Virus record (IMG/VR): IMGVR_UViG_3300020050_009836
Span: 1-64,000 of that record
Source of the DNA: a virus
Taxonomy: Duplodnaviria > Caudoviricetes
Strand: one strand, 5' to 3'
DNA: 64,000 nucleotides
The position numbers and the translations under genes are program-made. The stretch's first letter is position 1; every line of letters starts with the position of its first letter. The notes beneath the pieces were generated by a model that had not been told where the DNA came from, did not search any database, and worked only from the letters and a program-made list of their open reading frames with translations. This document shows, in pieces, positions 47,081-55,976 of this stretch.

Positions 47081-47239
47081 CGCGCACGGTAAGTTAACTT
47101 AGTAACATTACTACGTTAATTAGGTAATTGACTTAAGCATTACGTTAGTAGTAGATATACGTATTTTGTTGTTTGTATTAATATAAACAACTACTAGGTA
47201 ATGATGTTACTTAGTTATGCTAAGTAGTAGCAGTGCGCG
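47081..47239. repeat. AT-rich nested inverted repeat, candidate origin/regulatory site
   Basis: CGCGCAC/GTGCGCG, AACTTAGTAACAT/ATGTTACTTAGTT (12/13) and 24-bp near-palindrome 47168-47191. Confidence 0.55.
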
Positions 47240-47249
47240 CGACCTTCAC

Positions 47250-47278
47250 TTGACATGCTGGCAAACAGGTTGTAACAT
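47250..47278 (+). promoter_or_regulatory. sigma70-like promoter
   Basis: TTGACA-17-TAACAT upstream of ssb. Confidence 0.7.
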
Positions 47279-47297
47279 AGCGACCTGAGGTAAGAAA

Positions 47298-47732
47298 ATG
47301 AATGTTGTATGTTTAGTCGGTCGCTTGACTTCCGACCCTGAAGTAAAGGTTCTTGCATCTGGCACACAGGTTGCTTCGATGCGTATTGCGGTAGACCGTC
47401 CAGTTTCGAAAGAGTCAGAAGTAACTGCTGATTTCATCAACCTGACTAGTTTTGGGAAAACCGCTGAGTTCTGCGGAAAGTACCTGACAAAGGGTCAGAA
47501 GATTTCTGTCAATGGACGACTTCAAATCCGTGACTATAACGACAAAGATGGCAACAAGCGCACAGCCGCAGAAGTCATCGCAAATGAAGTTCGTGGCGTA
47601 GAGCGTCCAAATGGTGGCGGAGGGGAAAACTCCCAACCTGCTCCTCAAAAGGCTCAGGATAGACCGTATGGTGGCTCACAGCGTAACGCTCGCCCGTTTG
47701 ATGAACCAATCACTGACCCGTTTGCGGAGTAG
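47298..47732 (+). CDS. ssb: single-stranded DNA-binding protein
   Basis: MNVVCLVGRLTSDPE, DFIN...FGKTAE, KGQKISVNGRLQIRDY, acidic DPF tail. Confidence 0.97.
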   Translation: MNVVCLVGRLTSDPEVKVLASGTQVASMRIAVDRPVSKESEVTADFINLTSFGKTAEFCGKYLTKGQKISVNGRLQIRDYNDKDGNKRTAAEVIANEVRGVERPNGGGGENSQPAPQKAQDRPYGGSQRNARPFDEPITDPFAE

Positions 47733-47738
47733 TCACAA

Positions 47739-48005
47739 ATGAATCCATTTCGCAAAATGTATATGGATGCGGCTAAGGCAAAGGGGGCATCACACAGTGA
47801 TGTTCTCTTCGTCCTTCAGCGGTCTGGTTATGACTCTATGACCTACCACGCATTCATGATGAGACTGAATAGGGGCACGATTGATGAGCCGTTCATCAAC
47901 ACACTTGCCCTCATTGTTGACGTAGATGCTGCATTGCTTTATGAAAAAGCACTTGCACGTTTTGAGTATTACAAAAACCGCCATGCCTCTAACGATAATA
48001 ATTAA
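47739..48005 (+). CDS. hypothetical protein, possible HTH
   Basis: Helical 88 aa in ssb operon. Confidence 0.6.
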   Translation: MNPFRKMYMDAAKAKGASHSDVLFVLQRSGYDSMTYHAFMMRLNRGTIDEPFINTLALIVDVDAALLYEKALARFEYYKNRHASNDNN

Positions 48006-48954
48006 CAACCAATCAATCGGTCGAAATCGACCTGAGATAGCCGCCGTAAGAAGCGGTGAAGTTCAATCAAATAGTGTCGGTGAAGCATGGATTGTTCCTA
48101 CTGAATATCTTGCAGAAGTCTGGAGACCAGAAGCCGATATATGGGAAGTTGCCATCCAAGGTGAAGGCACTTACGCTGGCTCACATAAGGTCAAGTATCT
48201 GAGACTTGCTAGTGATGTAGAACTCAATCAGATGGGCATCTACACTTCAGGGTTTACTGGTTCTGACAACAACGGAACAAAAGTAGTCAAGGATACTGGG
48301 TACGTAGTGACTGGAAGCACTTACGTAAACATAACTGCTGAGAATGCATCCATCACTTGCGACAAGCACAGTACGGGTGTAATCACAGCAGTGCGTTCAA
48401 AGATAACCGTATCTGAAGAATCTAACATCACGGTCAATGCAGATGACTGCGTAGTGACTGCATCCAGTGGCAAAATCATTGCAACAAAAAGCAAGGTTTA
48501 CGCAACAGGAAACACTATTGTTGTAGCAAACAACTGCACGGTTGAAGCATCAGACAGTGTCTCTGTGACTTCCGTTGACTCAAGGGTCACTGTTGATGGA
48601 AATGCTTTCCTGACAACGACTGGATGTACGGTCATAGCAAAAGGTCAGTCAATCGTAAGATGCCATGACAACAAGGTGAAGGTTACAGCCTACGACCATG
48701 TTGTTTGTATTGTTGATGATATTGAAGATTCACATGCAATTCCTTCTTTTTCAGACTCTACTGCCAAACAGAGGTTCATCCTAAACGACCATTCAGTCGT
48801 CATATCAAAGGTAGTTGGTGACTACGTTTGGACGGCAAATGGCAAGTACTGCCCTATGGAAGCAAAGGCCTTCAAAGAAATATCAACACCAACACCCAAA
48901 CGTGGTCGTCCAAGGTCGTCTGGTGTAGGTGATGAGGGGGTTGCCGTTGACTAG
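47983..48954 (+). CDS. beta-solenoid repeat protein with C-terminal AT-hook
   Basis: Short V/I-x-A/V-x-D/N/S repeats (VTASSGKIIATKSKVYATGNTIVVANNC); KRGRPR near C-terminus; start moved to MPLTI. Confidence 0.65.
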   Translation: MPLTIIINNQSIGRNRPEIAAVRSGEVQSNSVGEAWIVPTEYLAEVWRPEADIWEVAIQGEGTYAGSHKVKYLRLASDVELNQMGIYTSGFTGSDNNGTKVVKDTGYVVTGSTYVNITAENASITCDKHSTGVITAVRSKITVSEESNITVNADDCVVTASSGKIIATKSKVYATGNTIVVANNCTVEASDSVSVTSVDSRVTVDGNAFLTTTGCTVIAKGQSIVRCHDNKVKVTAYDHVVCIVDDIEDSHAIPSFSDSTAKQRFILNDHSVVISKVVGDYVWTANGKYCPMEAKAFKEISTPTPKRGRPRSSGVGDEGVAVD

Positions 48955-49387
48955 TGATACACGCAGGAGCATGTATATCGTTGTCACAACGGACGGCTCA
49001 GCGCCCAATAAGGCATACTCCCGCCTAGAGAATGCCAACAGAATAAATTACAACAATGACGCCGTTGAAATCTATCGTCACAAAAAACGATATGACGATG
49101 ATTATAGTTGTGTGCCTGATGAAACAAGTGTGTTGTGCGCCAAACGGGAAATATCACCAGATGATGCCAAGAAACGTGCAACACATATGAAGAATCACTT
49201 TGAAAAGTACATCTACATAGCACACAATCCAGAAACCAGTGAGTATCGTCAGTTCACAAGGACTACAAACATGGAGATATTCCTTAGGTCTAACGCAGGA
49301 TTTAATGGATATAAGATGCTCCGTGATGATTGGAACACACACGGCGTTCTGTATAACGAAAGTCAAGTACCACAAACTTCACAATGA
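48929..49387 (+). CDS. hypothetical protein
   Basis: GAGGGG RBS suggests TTG start at 48947. Confidence 0.65.
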   Translation: MMRGLPLTSDTRRSMYIVVTTDGSAPNKAYSRLENANRINYNNDAVEIYRHKKRYDDDYSCVPDETSVLCAKREISPDDAKKRATHMKNHFEKYIYIAHNPETSEYRQFTRTTNMEIFLRSNAGFNGYKMLRDDWNTHGVLYNESQVPQTSQ

Positions 49388-49444
49388 GCCAGATATTCTG
49401 GCTCATTTCTTCATGAACCACGCTGATATACTTCAGCCATTGAC

Positions 49445-50017
49445 ATGAATCTTCCAGACAAAAAATACGACATCGTACTGATGGACCCGCCTTGGTACTA
49501 CGGCAACAAGACAGGTATGGGTGCTGCGGAAAACCATTACAGGACAATGAAAGATGCCGATTTGATGGCTCTTGATGTCCCGTCTTTACTAAAGCCTACT
49601 TCTGTAGTATTTTGCTGGGCTACAGGTCCACGCTTAGATTTTGCAATGCAGTTGATGGCTCATTGGGGACTTTATTATCGTGGCATGTCTTTCGTCTGGG
49701 TAAAAACAACCAAAGCTGGTGTGCCGATAGGTGCAAAAGGAATTTCCCCAACAATCGTAAAGTCTAACTGTGAATTTGTGCTGGGATGCTCTTTGACAAA
49801 AAAGGGGAGACCTATGCCAATAGCAGACATGAAAGTCCCGCAGGTTGTCATGTGGGCGCCACAAGAGCACAGTAAGAAGCCAGAAGAGATACACCAACGT
49901 ATTGAACGCCTGTATCCAGATGCGACAAAGTTAGAGATGTTTGCTCGTCGCCCATACAAGGACTGGGATGTTTGGGGAAACGAAGTTGGATACATAACAG
50001 AAGAGGCTCCTGAATAG
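49445..50017 (+). CDS. MT-A70 family adenine methyltransferase
   Basis: YDIVLMDPPW, FCWAT, FVWVK, HSKKPE, LEMFAR, WDVWGNE. Confidence 0.92.
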   Translation: MNLPDKKYDIVLMDPPWYYGNKTGMGAAENHYRTMKDADLMALDVPSLLKPTSVVFCWATGPRLDFAMQLMAHWGLYYRGMSFVWVKTTKAGVPIGAKGISPTIVKSNCEFVLGCSLTKKGRPMPIADMKVPQVVMWAPQEHSKKPEEIHQRIERLYPDATKLEMFARRPYKDWDVWGNEVGYITEEAPE

Positions 50018-50029
50018 GAGCCTCTTTTT
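50001..50029. terminator. intrinsic terminator between convergent operons
   Basis: AAGAGGCTCCT-GAAT-AGGAGCCTCTTTTT. Confidence 0.8.
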
Positions 50030-50429
50030 ACTTCGTGTATGGTTTATCCCATTCAGGGTCTAGGAAGTAGTGTCTTCGACCGACATAGAACAGTTGACCG
50101 GTTGGACCGCAACCCTCTGCTCTCCAAGTGCCGTCTGAATATCGTTCAATCGTAAGACTGATTCCTTTAGTGTCACGAACCATTGTCGCCACACCGTTTT
50201 TCATAACAACCTTATCTGACTGAATTACGAGTTTGGCATATCCAGTTTTCAGATTGATAGGGAAAGTCTTTACAATCGTATAAGGATATAAGTCGGTATA
50301 AAGAACTTCGGTTACACCAGTAAACCTATCTGCCTTCAATGGACCACACTCTTTTGCTAAAGTAATGTTCCGTGCAGAACCATAGTACGAGTCAACCCAC
50401 TCAAAAATTGGTTCGACATTATTTGTCAT
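50028..50429 (-). CDS. hypothetical protein (133 aa)
   Basis: TAATG-coupled to exonuclease. Confidence 0.65.
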   Translation of the reverse strand: MTNNVEPIFEWVDSYYGSARNITLAKECGPLKADRFTGVTEVLYTDLYPYTIVKTFPINLKTGYAKLVIQSDKVVMKNGVATMVRDTKGISLTIERYSDGTWRAEGCGPTGQLFYVGRRHYFLDPEWDKPYTK

Positions 50430-51076
50430 TATTCACTAAAACCTTTTTCAACCACATCACACCATGTCTTATCAGCAGCATCTGCCAATGCTTTTTGAGT
50501 TGGTTCGTGTGCGGCAATCTTTACTAGAAACGGACCGCCACCCCATTCTGCGACATGAATGTTCTTTACAGCCAGTTCATTTGAGAAATCATTTGTACCA
50601 ACATTGTCGTGGTACAAGATTAGGTGCATTTCATTGATACCTAATACCAACAACTGATACTGCATTTGATTGTAGACAGACTGTGAGATTGACTTACTGT
50701 TTTTGTAGTCAGATACATATCTGAATCCGCACTTGCACTCAAGGGCAAACACTTCTCCGGTATCGGATATATGTAAGCCGTCAAGTGATACACGGCGCCA
50801 AGGGTGCTCTATCGATTGTATGCATTCTGGCTCAAACTTACGTTCAAGCTTCTCTTCAGCAATAGCACGTGCATAAGGCTCAAGAATATGACCAAGTTGC
50901 ATTGCTTGCGTTGATGGACTACTAGCCGTATCAACAGCTTGCAGTTTTTCACTAATGAACCGAGCCTTACTACCGGGCGTCAGTAGACGCCCGGCTTCAG
51001 TGGCAGTTATCCCGCCTTTTCTCCAGTTCAACCACTCCTCTGTACCTTGTTCCATGGCTATCACCGTGAAATTCAT
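50429..51076 (-). CDS. YqaJ/lambda-exonuclease family protein
   Basis: QGTEEWLNWRKGGITAT, GHILEP.AR, SLDGL, ALECKC, YNQMQYQL. Confidence 0.9.
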   Translation of the reverse strand: MNFTVIAMEQGTEEWLNWRKGGITATEAGRLLTPGSKARFISEKLQAVDTASSPSTQAMQLGHILEPYARAIAEEKLERKFEPECIQSIEHPWRRVSLDGLHISDTGEVFALECKCGFRYVSDYKNSKSISQSVYNQMQYQLLVLGINEMHLILYHDNVGTNDFSNELAVKNIHVAEWGGGPFLVKIAAHEPTQKALADAADKTWCDVVEKGFSE

Positions 51077-51078
51077 TG

Positions 51079-51381
51079 TTAGATTAACTTTCGAATAGAT
51101 TCCAAAAGAGTTGGCTTTTGATTAGGGAAACGTTTTGACAAAAGAGTGATTATGTCAATTAGCGAGTTTGTAGCCTTGGCAAGGTCTGTGTCTGCACGTT
51201 CAATTAACGTCACGGTAACACGCATGTCGGTGTCATCGTCGATACTAGACTGCTCAAGTAGAGCAGTCCTCTCATTGATGAGTTGATAGCGAATAACATT
51301 AACGTCTGCTACGCAACCACGTAGCATCTGTACATCAGCCTTTGACAGGCGGCTTAGGTTCTTTGTCTGTGTTTGTCTCAA
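51079..51381 (-). CDS. hypothetical protein (100 aa)
   Basis: In operon with exonuclease. Confidence 0.6.
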   Translation of the reverse strand: MRQTQTKNLSRLSKADVQMLRGCVADVNVIRYQLINERTALLEQSSIDDDTDMRVTVTLIERADTDLAKATNSLIDIITLLSKRFPNQKPTLLESIRKLI

Positions 51382-51673
51382 TGCTTACTTCCCCTTGCAG
51401 TACCTCAGGAGCCTTATCCTTCCACTCTTTGTCAACAGTGGCGATAAAACCGCTTAGTTCTGGCCAGTCGGTGAATGACGCATCGACGATAAAGACCTCA
51501 GATGCCTTATCAGTGTTACGGTAACCATCACATGAAACATAGATGTCTGCATGAATCAACTTCGATTCTTGGACGTATCCAGAACGAATGCGGTCAAGCG
51601 TAAACACACATGAAGTCATATTTTGACTAACAGTAGCAACACGAAGTTCTTCTTGGAATTCATTGAATGTCAT
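51335..51673 (-). CDS. hypothetical protein (112 aa)
   Basis: First gene of minus-strand unit. Confidence 0.6.
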   Translation of the reverse strand: MTFNEFQEELRVATVSQNMTSCVFTLDRIRSGYVQESKLIHADIYVSCDGYRNTDKASEVFIVDASFTDWPELSGFIATVDKEWKDKAPEVLQGEVSIETNTDKEPKPPVKG

Positions 51674-51790
51674 AGCGTCATTCTATTACTCTTCAACACA
51701 CAGAGCAATACTCAATGTGTTGAAACTTTATACGGTAGATAAAGTACTTTGTCAATATAATAAGAAGAAAATAATATAATAAAAACAACT

Positions 51791-51819
51791 CTTGCAACAC
51801 ATAATTAGTAATGATATTG
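51791..51819 (+). promoter_or_regulatory. sigma70-like promoter
   Basis: TTGCAA-17-TATTGT with TGn. Confidence 0.5.
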
Positions 51820-51861
51820 TTTGCAACGGCGCAAGCCAACAATGACACAAGGGGTAATAAA

Positions 51862-52038
51862 GTGGCTAAAATTAAAACCACAGAACAAGATTCGGTTGCC
51901 ATCGTATTGACAGGCACCGCAGTAACATCGGCATTGAAGGCACGTGAAGCGTTAACAAAATCGCTTGGGTTTGAGCCAACTTGGCGTCAGACTGTTGCCC
52001 TTGCTCTTTCTCAGTTCAATAAAGCAAACGACGAATAG
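51862..52038 (+). CDS. small putative regulator (58 aa)
   Basis: AAGGGG RBS and GTG 51862 in the track's frame. Confidence 0.5.
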   Translation: MAKIKTTEQDSVAIVLTGTAVTSALKAREALTKSLGFEPTWRQTVALALSQFNKANDE

Positions 52039-52052
52039 TTAAAGGGGTCGGT

Positions 52053-52319
52053 ATGCAAGAACAGCCTACGTTCAGTCTTTGGCTAGTAGTGAAACGCTCT
52101 ATCGCCTTATTGATAGGTTTAGTTTTACTGCCGGTCATCATCGTGCTTGCAATATTGTCAGTAAGTTTGTCAATCATAGGTATAGTGATTGCAGAAACTG
52201 GAAAACTTCTGCTTGTGCCGGTAAATGACATTGCTTGTGCTATTTTTGCTCCGAATCAAAATACTATCTTCAGAGTCGATAGCGATAACGATATCAAAGA
52301 AGACGCAGAAGACGAGTAG
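52053..52319 (+). CDS. membrane protein
   Basis: Long hydrophobic stretch, acidic tail. Confidence 0.65.
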   Translation: MQEQPTFSLWLVVKRSIALLIGLVLLPVIIVLAILSVSLSIIGIVIAETGKLLLVPVNDIACAIFAPNQNTIFRVDSDNDIKEDAEDE

Positions 52320-52333
52320 TTCTATATATGAAT

Positions 52334-52377
52334 GCCCCGCACTATGTGGTTTATTGGCTGCAAGTGCGGGGTGTTTT
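52334..52377 (+). terminator. possible intrinsic terminator
   Basis: GCCCCGCAC...GTGCGGGGT-GTTTT (long loop). Confidence 0.45.
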
Positions 52378-52416
52378 CGTCTCTCTCTGTCATAGAATAG
52401 TCTTTGGAGAAATCAC

Positions 52417-52728
52417 ATGACATTCAGCGAAATTACTAAGTACGTAACTGAGGGCAGAACTGTATATAGAACGTCAACACCAGAAGAACTTTACTTCATA
52501 TTTTCTGGTCGCATAGCGAACGTTGTTCTGTTTACAGCAGAGACTGAGTATCTGCCTGAGCCGGGTCTTGGTTACTGTGCTTACACGCAAGACGCAGATG
52601 GGATGGAATACAAGATTCTCTCCGACTGGCAACTATCAGCGGAAATGCTCTTAGCCGAAGATTGGGAAATCGTGCCAGAGATGCTCCTTGAATGGGGTGG
52701 AGAAGACAAGTCAAAGCTTGAACAATGA
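52417..52728 (+). CDS. DUF2829/Tad2-like protein
   Basis: MTFSEI...EGRTVYR...SAEMLLAEDWEIV. Confidence 0.7.
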   Translation: MTFSEITKYVTEGRTVYRTSTPEELYFIFSGRIANVVLFTAETEYLPEPGLGYCAYTQDADGMEYKILSDWQLSAEMLLAEDWEIVPEMLLEWGGEDKSKLEQ

Positions 52729-53357
52729 CAATACACGACATATTGATTCCACTTGAGTTGGGATTGTTTTGTAGGCGTAAATCAGAGCCGGAATACTACT
52801 ACTTTGTATATGATGGCAAAAACTATAACCGTCAAGTCGGGCTTGCACCAGAAGATGGACGACCAGCACTAGGTAAGGGATATAAGATATCCGCATATCC
52901 AGTGTTGCTTGATGGCTACAACGGATACAGCCTTGAAGACTGGGAGCCATCGGAATATGACGCCATCCAGATAGATTGGGAAGTTCCAGCCATAGATATG
53001 GTTCTTCCTGATGCACCGGTTGAAACTCAAGTAGAAGAGAAAAAACAACTAAAGCGTTTAGACGTATCGAAGCCAATACTCAAACGACCAGAACGTCAAG
53101 TTGAGCCTGATTCAGGTATCGACTTTGACACTTCTCTGATACACATCAAGCATGGCGGGATAATTGAAGCACCAATTTATGGTGATGGTGATGTGCTGGC
53201 TAAGCAGTACTACCTCTTCAATTTGCAGACACTGATGACACGAGACCGCCTCTACGATAAGAAGTACACGCCTTGGGTTGCATACACATGGGTTGATTCA
53301 GATTTCACGTGTATGAACTATAGGCTACTTGCAGCAAAGGACAGAAATGACACCTAA
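52725..53357 (+). CDS. DUF2829/Tad2-like protein, possibly two tandem domains
   Basis: MTIHDI...ELGLFCRRKS...DAIQIDWEV; second start-like segment DFDTSLIHIKHGGII. Confidence 0.55.
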   Translation: MTIHDILIPLELGLFCRRKSEPEYYYFVYDGKNYNRQVGLAPEDGRPALGKGYKISAYPVLLDGYNGYSLEDWEPSEYDAIQIDWEVPAIDMVLPDAPVETQVEEKKQLKRLDVSKPILKRPERQVEPDSGIDFDTSLIHIKHGGIIEAPIYGDGDVLAKQYYLFNLQTLMTRDRLYDKKYTPWVAYTWVDSDFTCMNYRLLAAKDRNDT

Positions 53358-53580
53358 GAAACGTTACTACTATTTCATCAAAGCAACGGGCTACAATGAC
53401 GAAAAAGCGTACACGATGACCACGAAAGCCAAGTACCAGATATGCGAACTGATAAAAAAGGGCATCTCTCCGGTAACTGTGTACAGAGCTGATGTCACTG
53501 ACTTAGAGAATCTAGAGCAGGTTGCTGTTTGCGATGAGAAGTGGTGGGCTGATTACTTGCAAGGGAAACGTGGATGGTGA
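53347..53580 (+). CDS. hypothetical protein
   Basis: Coupled small ORF (MTPKK). Confidence 0.6.
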   Translation: MTPKKRYYYFIKATGYNDEKAYTMTTKAKYQICELIKKGISPVTVYRADVTDLENLEQVAVCDEKWWADYLQGKRGW

Positions 53581-53963
53581 TTACACTCCTAACAACTGGT
53601 CAAAAAGACGAGATGAAGACTGCCTTTACAGAGGAAGTCGTTGCAGTGCTGCATACAAATACAGAGACTACTGCTGAGCTTTACTTCGGTGACTACTCTT
53701 GTGTGGTCACTAAAGCATATGTCACAGACATTGAATCGGATGACCGGAACTGGGAAGAGGGAATCATCAAGTACAAACTTATCTATGACAATGGACATAT
53801 GGAGTCAGATATGTCTGGTCGGTTCGTAGGTAAGTATCTGGCGCACATGGCAAATCCGGAAGTCTACGTACAAGAGAAGTTTGACTGGATTTACACTAGG
53901 CTCATAAACAAGATTCTGACGAGTGCTGACTGTTGCCAGCATTACGACGAACTAGATTATTAA
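53574..53963 (+). CDS. hypothetical protein (129 aa)
   Basis: Coupled ORF. Confidence 0.65.
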   Translation: MVITLLTTGQKDEMKTAFTEEVVAVLHTNTETTAELYFGDYSCVVTKAYVTDIESDDRNWEEGIIKYKLIYDNGHMESDMSGRFVGKYLAHMANPEVYVQEKFDWIYTRLINKILTSADCCQHYDELDY

Positions 53964-53966
53964 TAG

Positions 53967-53995
53967 TTGACAAACTTCATGTAAAGTGGTAAAAC
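53967..53995 (+). promoter_or_regulatory. sigma70-like promoter, leaderless start
   Basis: TTGACA-17-TAAAAC (TGn)-6 nt-ATG(54002). Confidence 0.55.
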
Positions 53996-54001
53996 ACTTA
54001 C

Positions 54002-54274
54002 ATGCAACAAAACAACAACAACAATACACCGCTCTGGTTCATAGGTGGATTACTACTTGGTGGTACCAACCTTGCATCATCGGTGTTTTTGCTTTTCGGT
54101 CTTATCTGTGCCGTATTTGTATTCATGCTTGGCTCATTTCTGAGTGCCCTAACATTTGCCATCGTTACGCACTGGAAATCGCTTCTACTGTATGTTGTCA
54201 TTGGCCTTATCTTTACGTTCCTTGGTCACATCTACATGCTTGAGGAAAAGAAGAAATATGAAAATAAAGGCTAA
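54002..54274 (+). CDS. membrane protein (2-3 TM)
   Basis: Hydrophobic core, basic tail. Confidence 0.7.
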   Translation: MQQNNNNNTPLWFIGGLLLGGTNLASSVFLLFGLICAVFVFMLGSFLSALTFAIVTHWKSLLLYVVIGLIFTFLGHIYMLEEKKKYENKG

Positions 54275-54593
54275 TTACCTTGCGCTTGAGTGCGACCAAT
54301 ATACGGCTTGCCATGTGTTAGTCATGCTTTATCAAGGGAGCGTTGAGTCTGAGTATATTAGGCTGACTATCACTGACATCCTATCCAACGATGTCGGGTT
54401 GGCTCCACTTGAAATCTACCCAGTCATCGATGATGAAAAAGAACTGTACACAGTACGAATGAGACTGCGTGGAGTGGAAGAAATCAAGACCTATTCATAC
54501 ACGCAGATGAATAAGATGTTAAACAACAGACTTATCCCGTTCTGGATGACTGAGATTGACAAGTGCGTAGAGTCGATGAAGGGGCTAAACTGA
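54258..54593 (+). CDS. hypothetical protein
   Basis: Start moved to MKIKA. Confidence 0.6.
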   Translation: MKIKANYLALECDQYTACHVLVMLYQGSVESEYIRLTITDILSNDVGLAPLEIYPVIDDEKELYTVRMRLRGVEEIKTYSYTQMNKMLNNRLIPFWMTEIDKCVESMKGLN

Positions 54594-54832
54594 TGACTCT
54601 GGAAGAGGCGTTGTTTTGGTTGCGGGATGGAAAACTAGTTGTATCCAAAAAGATGATGATGCGGTTCCGTATGGAAAAGCGACCAGTATCACTTGGCGGA
54701 AGGCAGAAGCAGTACTGGTTTATTGACTTCCAGCATTGTGGGACGAAATTTCCAGAGGAGTGGATACGGTGGCACAGTGCCAACGATGACTTCTTTGATT
54801 TGATAAACGATGATACTTGGGAGTTGGAATGA
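54593..54832 (+). CDS. DUF2829/Tad2-like protein
   Basis: MTLEEALFWLRDGKLV...DLINDDTWELE. Confidence 0.6.
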   Translation: MTLEEALFWLRDGKLVVSKKMMMRFRMEKRPVSLGGRQKQYWFIDFQHCGTKFPEEWIRWHSANDDFFDLINDDTWELE

Positions 54833-55020
54833 CTATTGCAGAACTAATGCCACAACTAGAAGAAGGGCTTGTCATAAAGACAGCCACACATAGACTCAGA
54901 AAGGGAGTTGTTTCCTATGAGTGGACTAACGTTGGCTTGCCAGATATCTGGTGGCCATTCTTGTGTCCATTGTCAATGGTAGACATAACAACTGACTGGG
55001 AAGTAGAGGAAACAGTATGA
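54829..55020 (+). CDS. DUF2829/Tad2-like protein
   Basis: MTIAELMPQLEEGLVI...DITTDWEVE. Confidence 0.6.
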   Translation: MTIAELMPQLEEGLVIKTATHRLRKGVVSYEWTNVGLPDIWWPFLCPLSMVDITTDWEVEETV

Positions 55021-55292
55021 CGTTCACTGAATCTTTGGCTCACTTACTGAAAGGTGAAGTCATGAGGCGTTACGAAGATAACGTAGAGTATAGATTTTGG
55101 TTCAACAAGGAAACACGCACGGGTATGTGTGAGTACCACGCAGACAAATTTGCAAGCATGTGGTACATCAGCATCGAAGATATCCTTGATGAAAGTTGGG
55201 ACTTTGCTATCCCAGAAGACAAAGAACGCATCCTAAACAAGTACTCTGATGCATCAAAATACATCCTTGGCTCACGTATCACTAAACGATAG
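55017..55292 (+). CDS. DUF2829/Tad2-like protein
   Basis: MTFTESLAHLLKGEVMRR...EDILDESWDF. Confidence 0.65.
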   Translation: MTFTESLAHLLKGEVMRRYEDNVEYRFWFNKETRTGMCEYHADKFASMWYISIEDILDESWDFAIPEDKERILNKYSDASKYILGSRITKR

Positions 55293-55299
55293 TCATTCA

Positions 55300-55371
55300 G
55301 GCTCTATAAGTAAAAGGTCATACTAGGGGACTCATAATCCCTCTTTGATAGTTCGAGTCTATCTGGAGCCA
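55300..55371 (+). tRNA. tRNA with CAT anticodon (Ile2 or elongator Met), no encoded CCA
   Basis: Acceptor GGCTCTA/TGGAGCC+A, D-stem AGTA/TACT, GGGGA-CTCATAA-TCCCT, T-arm GATAG-TTCGAGT-CTATC. Confidence 0.9.
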
Positions 55372-55378
55372 CTAACAC

Positions 55379-55402
55379 AAAGCACCTCACTGGTGCTTTT
55401 TT
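55379..55402 (+). terminator. intrinsic terminator after tRNA
   Basis: AGCACC-TCACT-GGTGCT-TTTTT. Confidence 0.75.
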
Positions 55403-55412
55403 CTTTTTACTA

Positions 55413-55441
55413 TTGACAAACATTCAACCTTGATGTAAAGT
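55413..55441 (+). promoter_or_regulatory. sigma70-like promoter, leaderless start
   Basis: TTGACA-17-TAAAGT-6 nt-ATG(55448). Confidence 0.7.
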
Positions 55442-55447
55442 GAACAT

Positions 55448-55639
55448 ATGAAATTCACTGATGTAGTTAATGCATTGATAGCCGGAAAGCGGGTCAGGCG
55501 AACAGCTTGGCATCGAGTAGGCAGTTATATAACGTGTGATTTTGAGCAGATGACTATGTACGTCGGTGGAGTTGTTAGTGCATTTAGCCCAAACAAGGTT
55601 TCATTGATTGCTGATGATTGGGAGGTGCTAGATGACTAG
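55448..55639 (+). CDS. DUF2829/Tad2-like protein (closest to consensus)
   Basis: MKFTDVVNALIAGKRVRRTAW...SLIADDWEVL. Confidence 0.8.
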   Translation: MKFTDVVNALIAGKRVRRTAWHRVGSYITCDFEQMTMYVGGVVSAFSPNKVSLIADDWEVLDD

Positions 55640-55976
55640 TGAAGAGTTAGTTGATGCTTTACTTGACGGTAAAACTTTGACCCATAGTTTCTTTGGGAGA
55701 AACGGTCGTGTCCACGTACTGCATGATGCAGAAGAGGGTGGCAGACATCACCGGTTAGTTGTTGTTTATAAAGACAACGAACTAGGTTGGAGTAGAGAAA
55801 CCTATAAAGAGTCCATTGCTAGGTCAAAGCCAGAGAGTTTCTTGAAGCATATCTACATCGATACTCTAAACCTACACCGTGACAACGTCATGATGATACG
55901 TGAACAGTACTGGATGCTCAAGGATGCATATTGTGAGTCAGGTTGGTCAATCTGTGAGCCTACAGATGGAGTTTAG
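55632..55976 (+). CDS. DUF2829/Tad2-like protein (divergent)
   Basis: MTSEELVDALLDGKTL...YCESGWSI. Confidence 0.45.
   Translation: MTSEELVDALLDGKTLTHSFFGRNGRVHVLHDAEEGGRHHRLVVVYKDNELGWSRETYKESIARSKPESFLKHIYIDTLNLHRDNVMMIREQYWMLKDAYCESGWSICEPTDGV

Noticed and set aside
55300-55371. Initiator tRNA-fMet
   Set aside because: Has a G1-C72 pair and A31-U39 instead of the C1/A72 mismatch and three consecutive G-C pairs.
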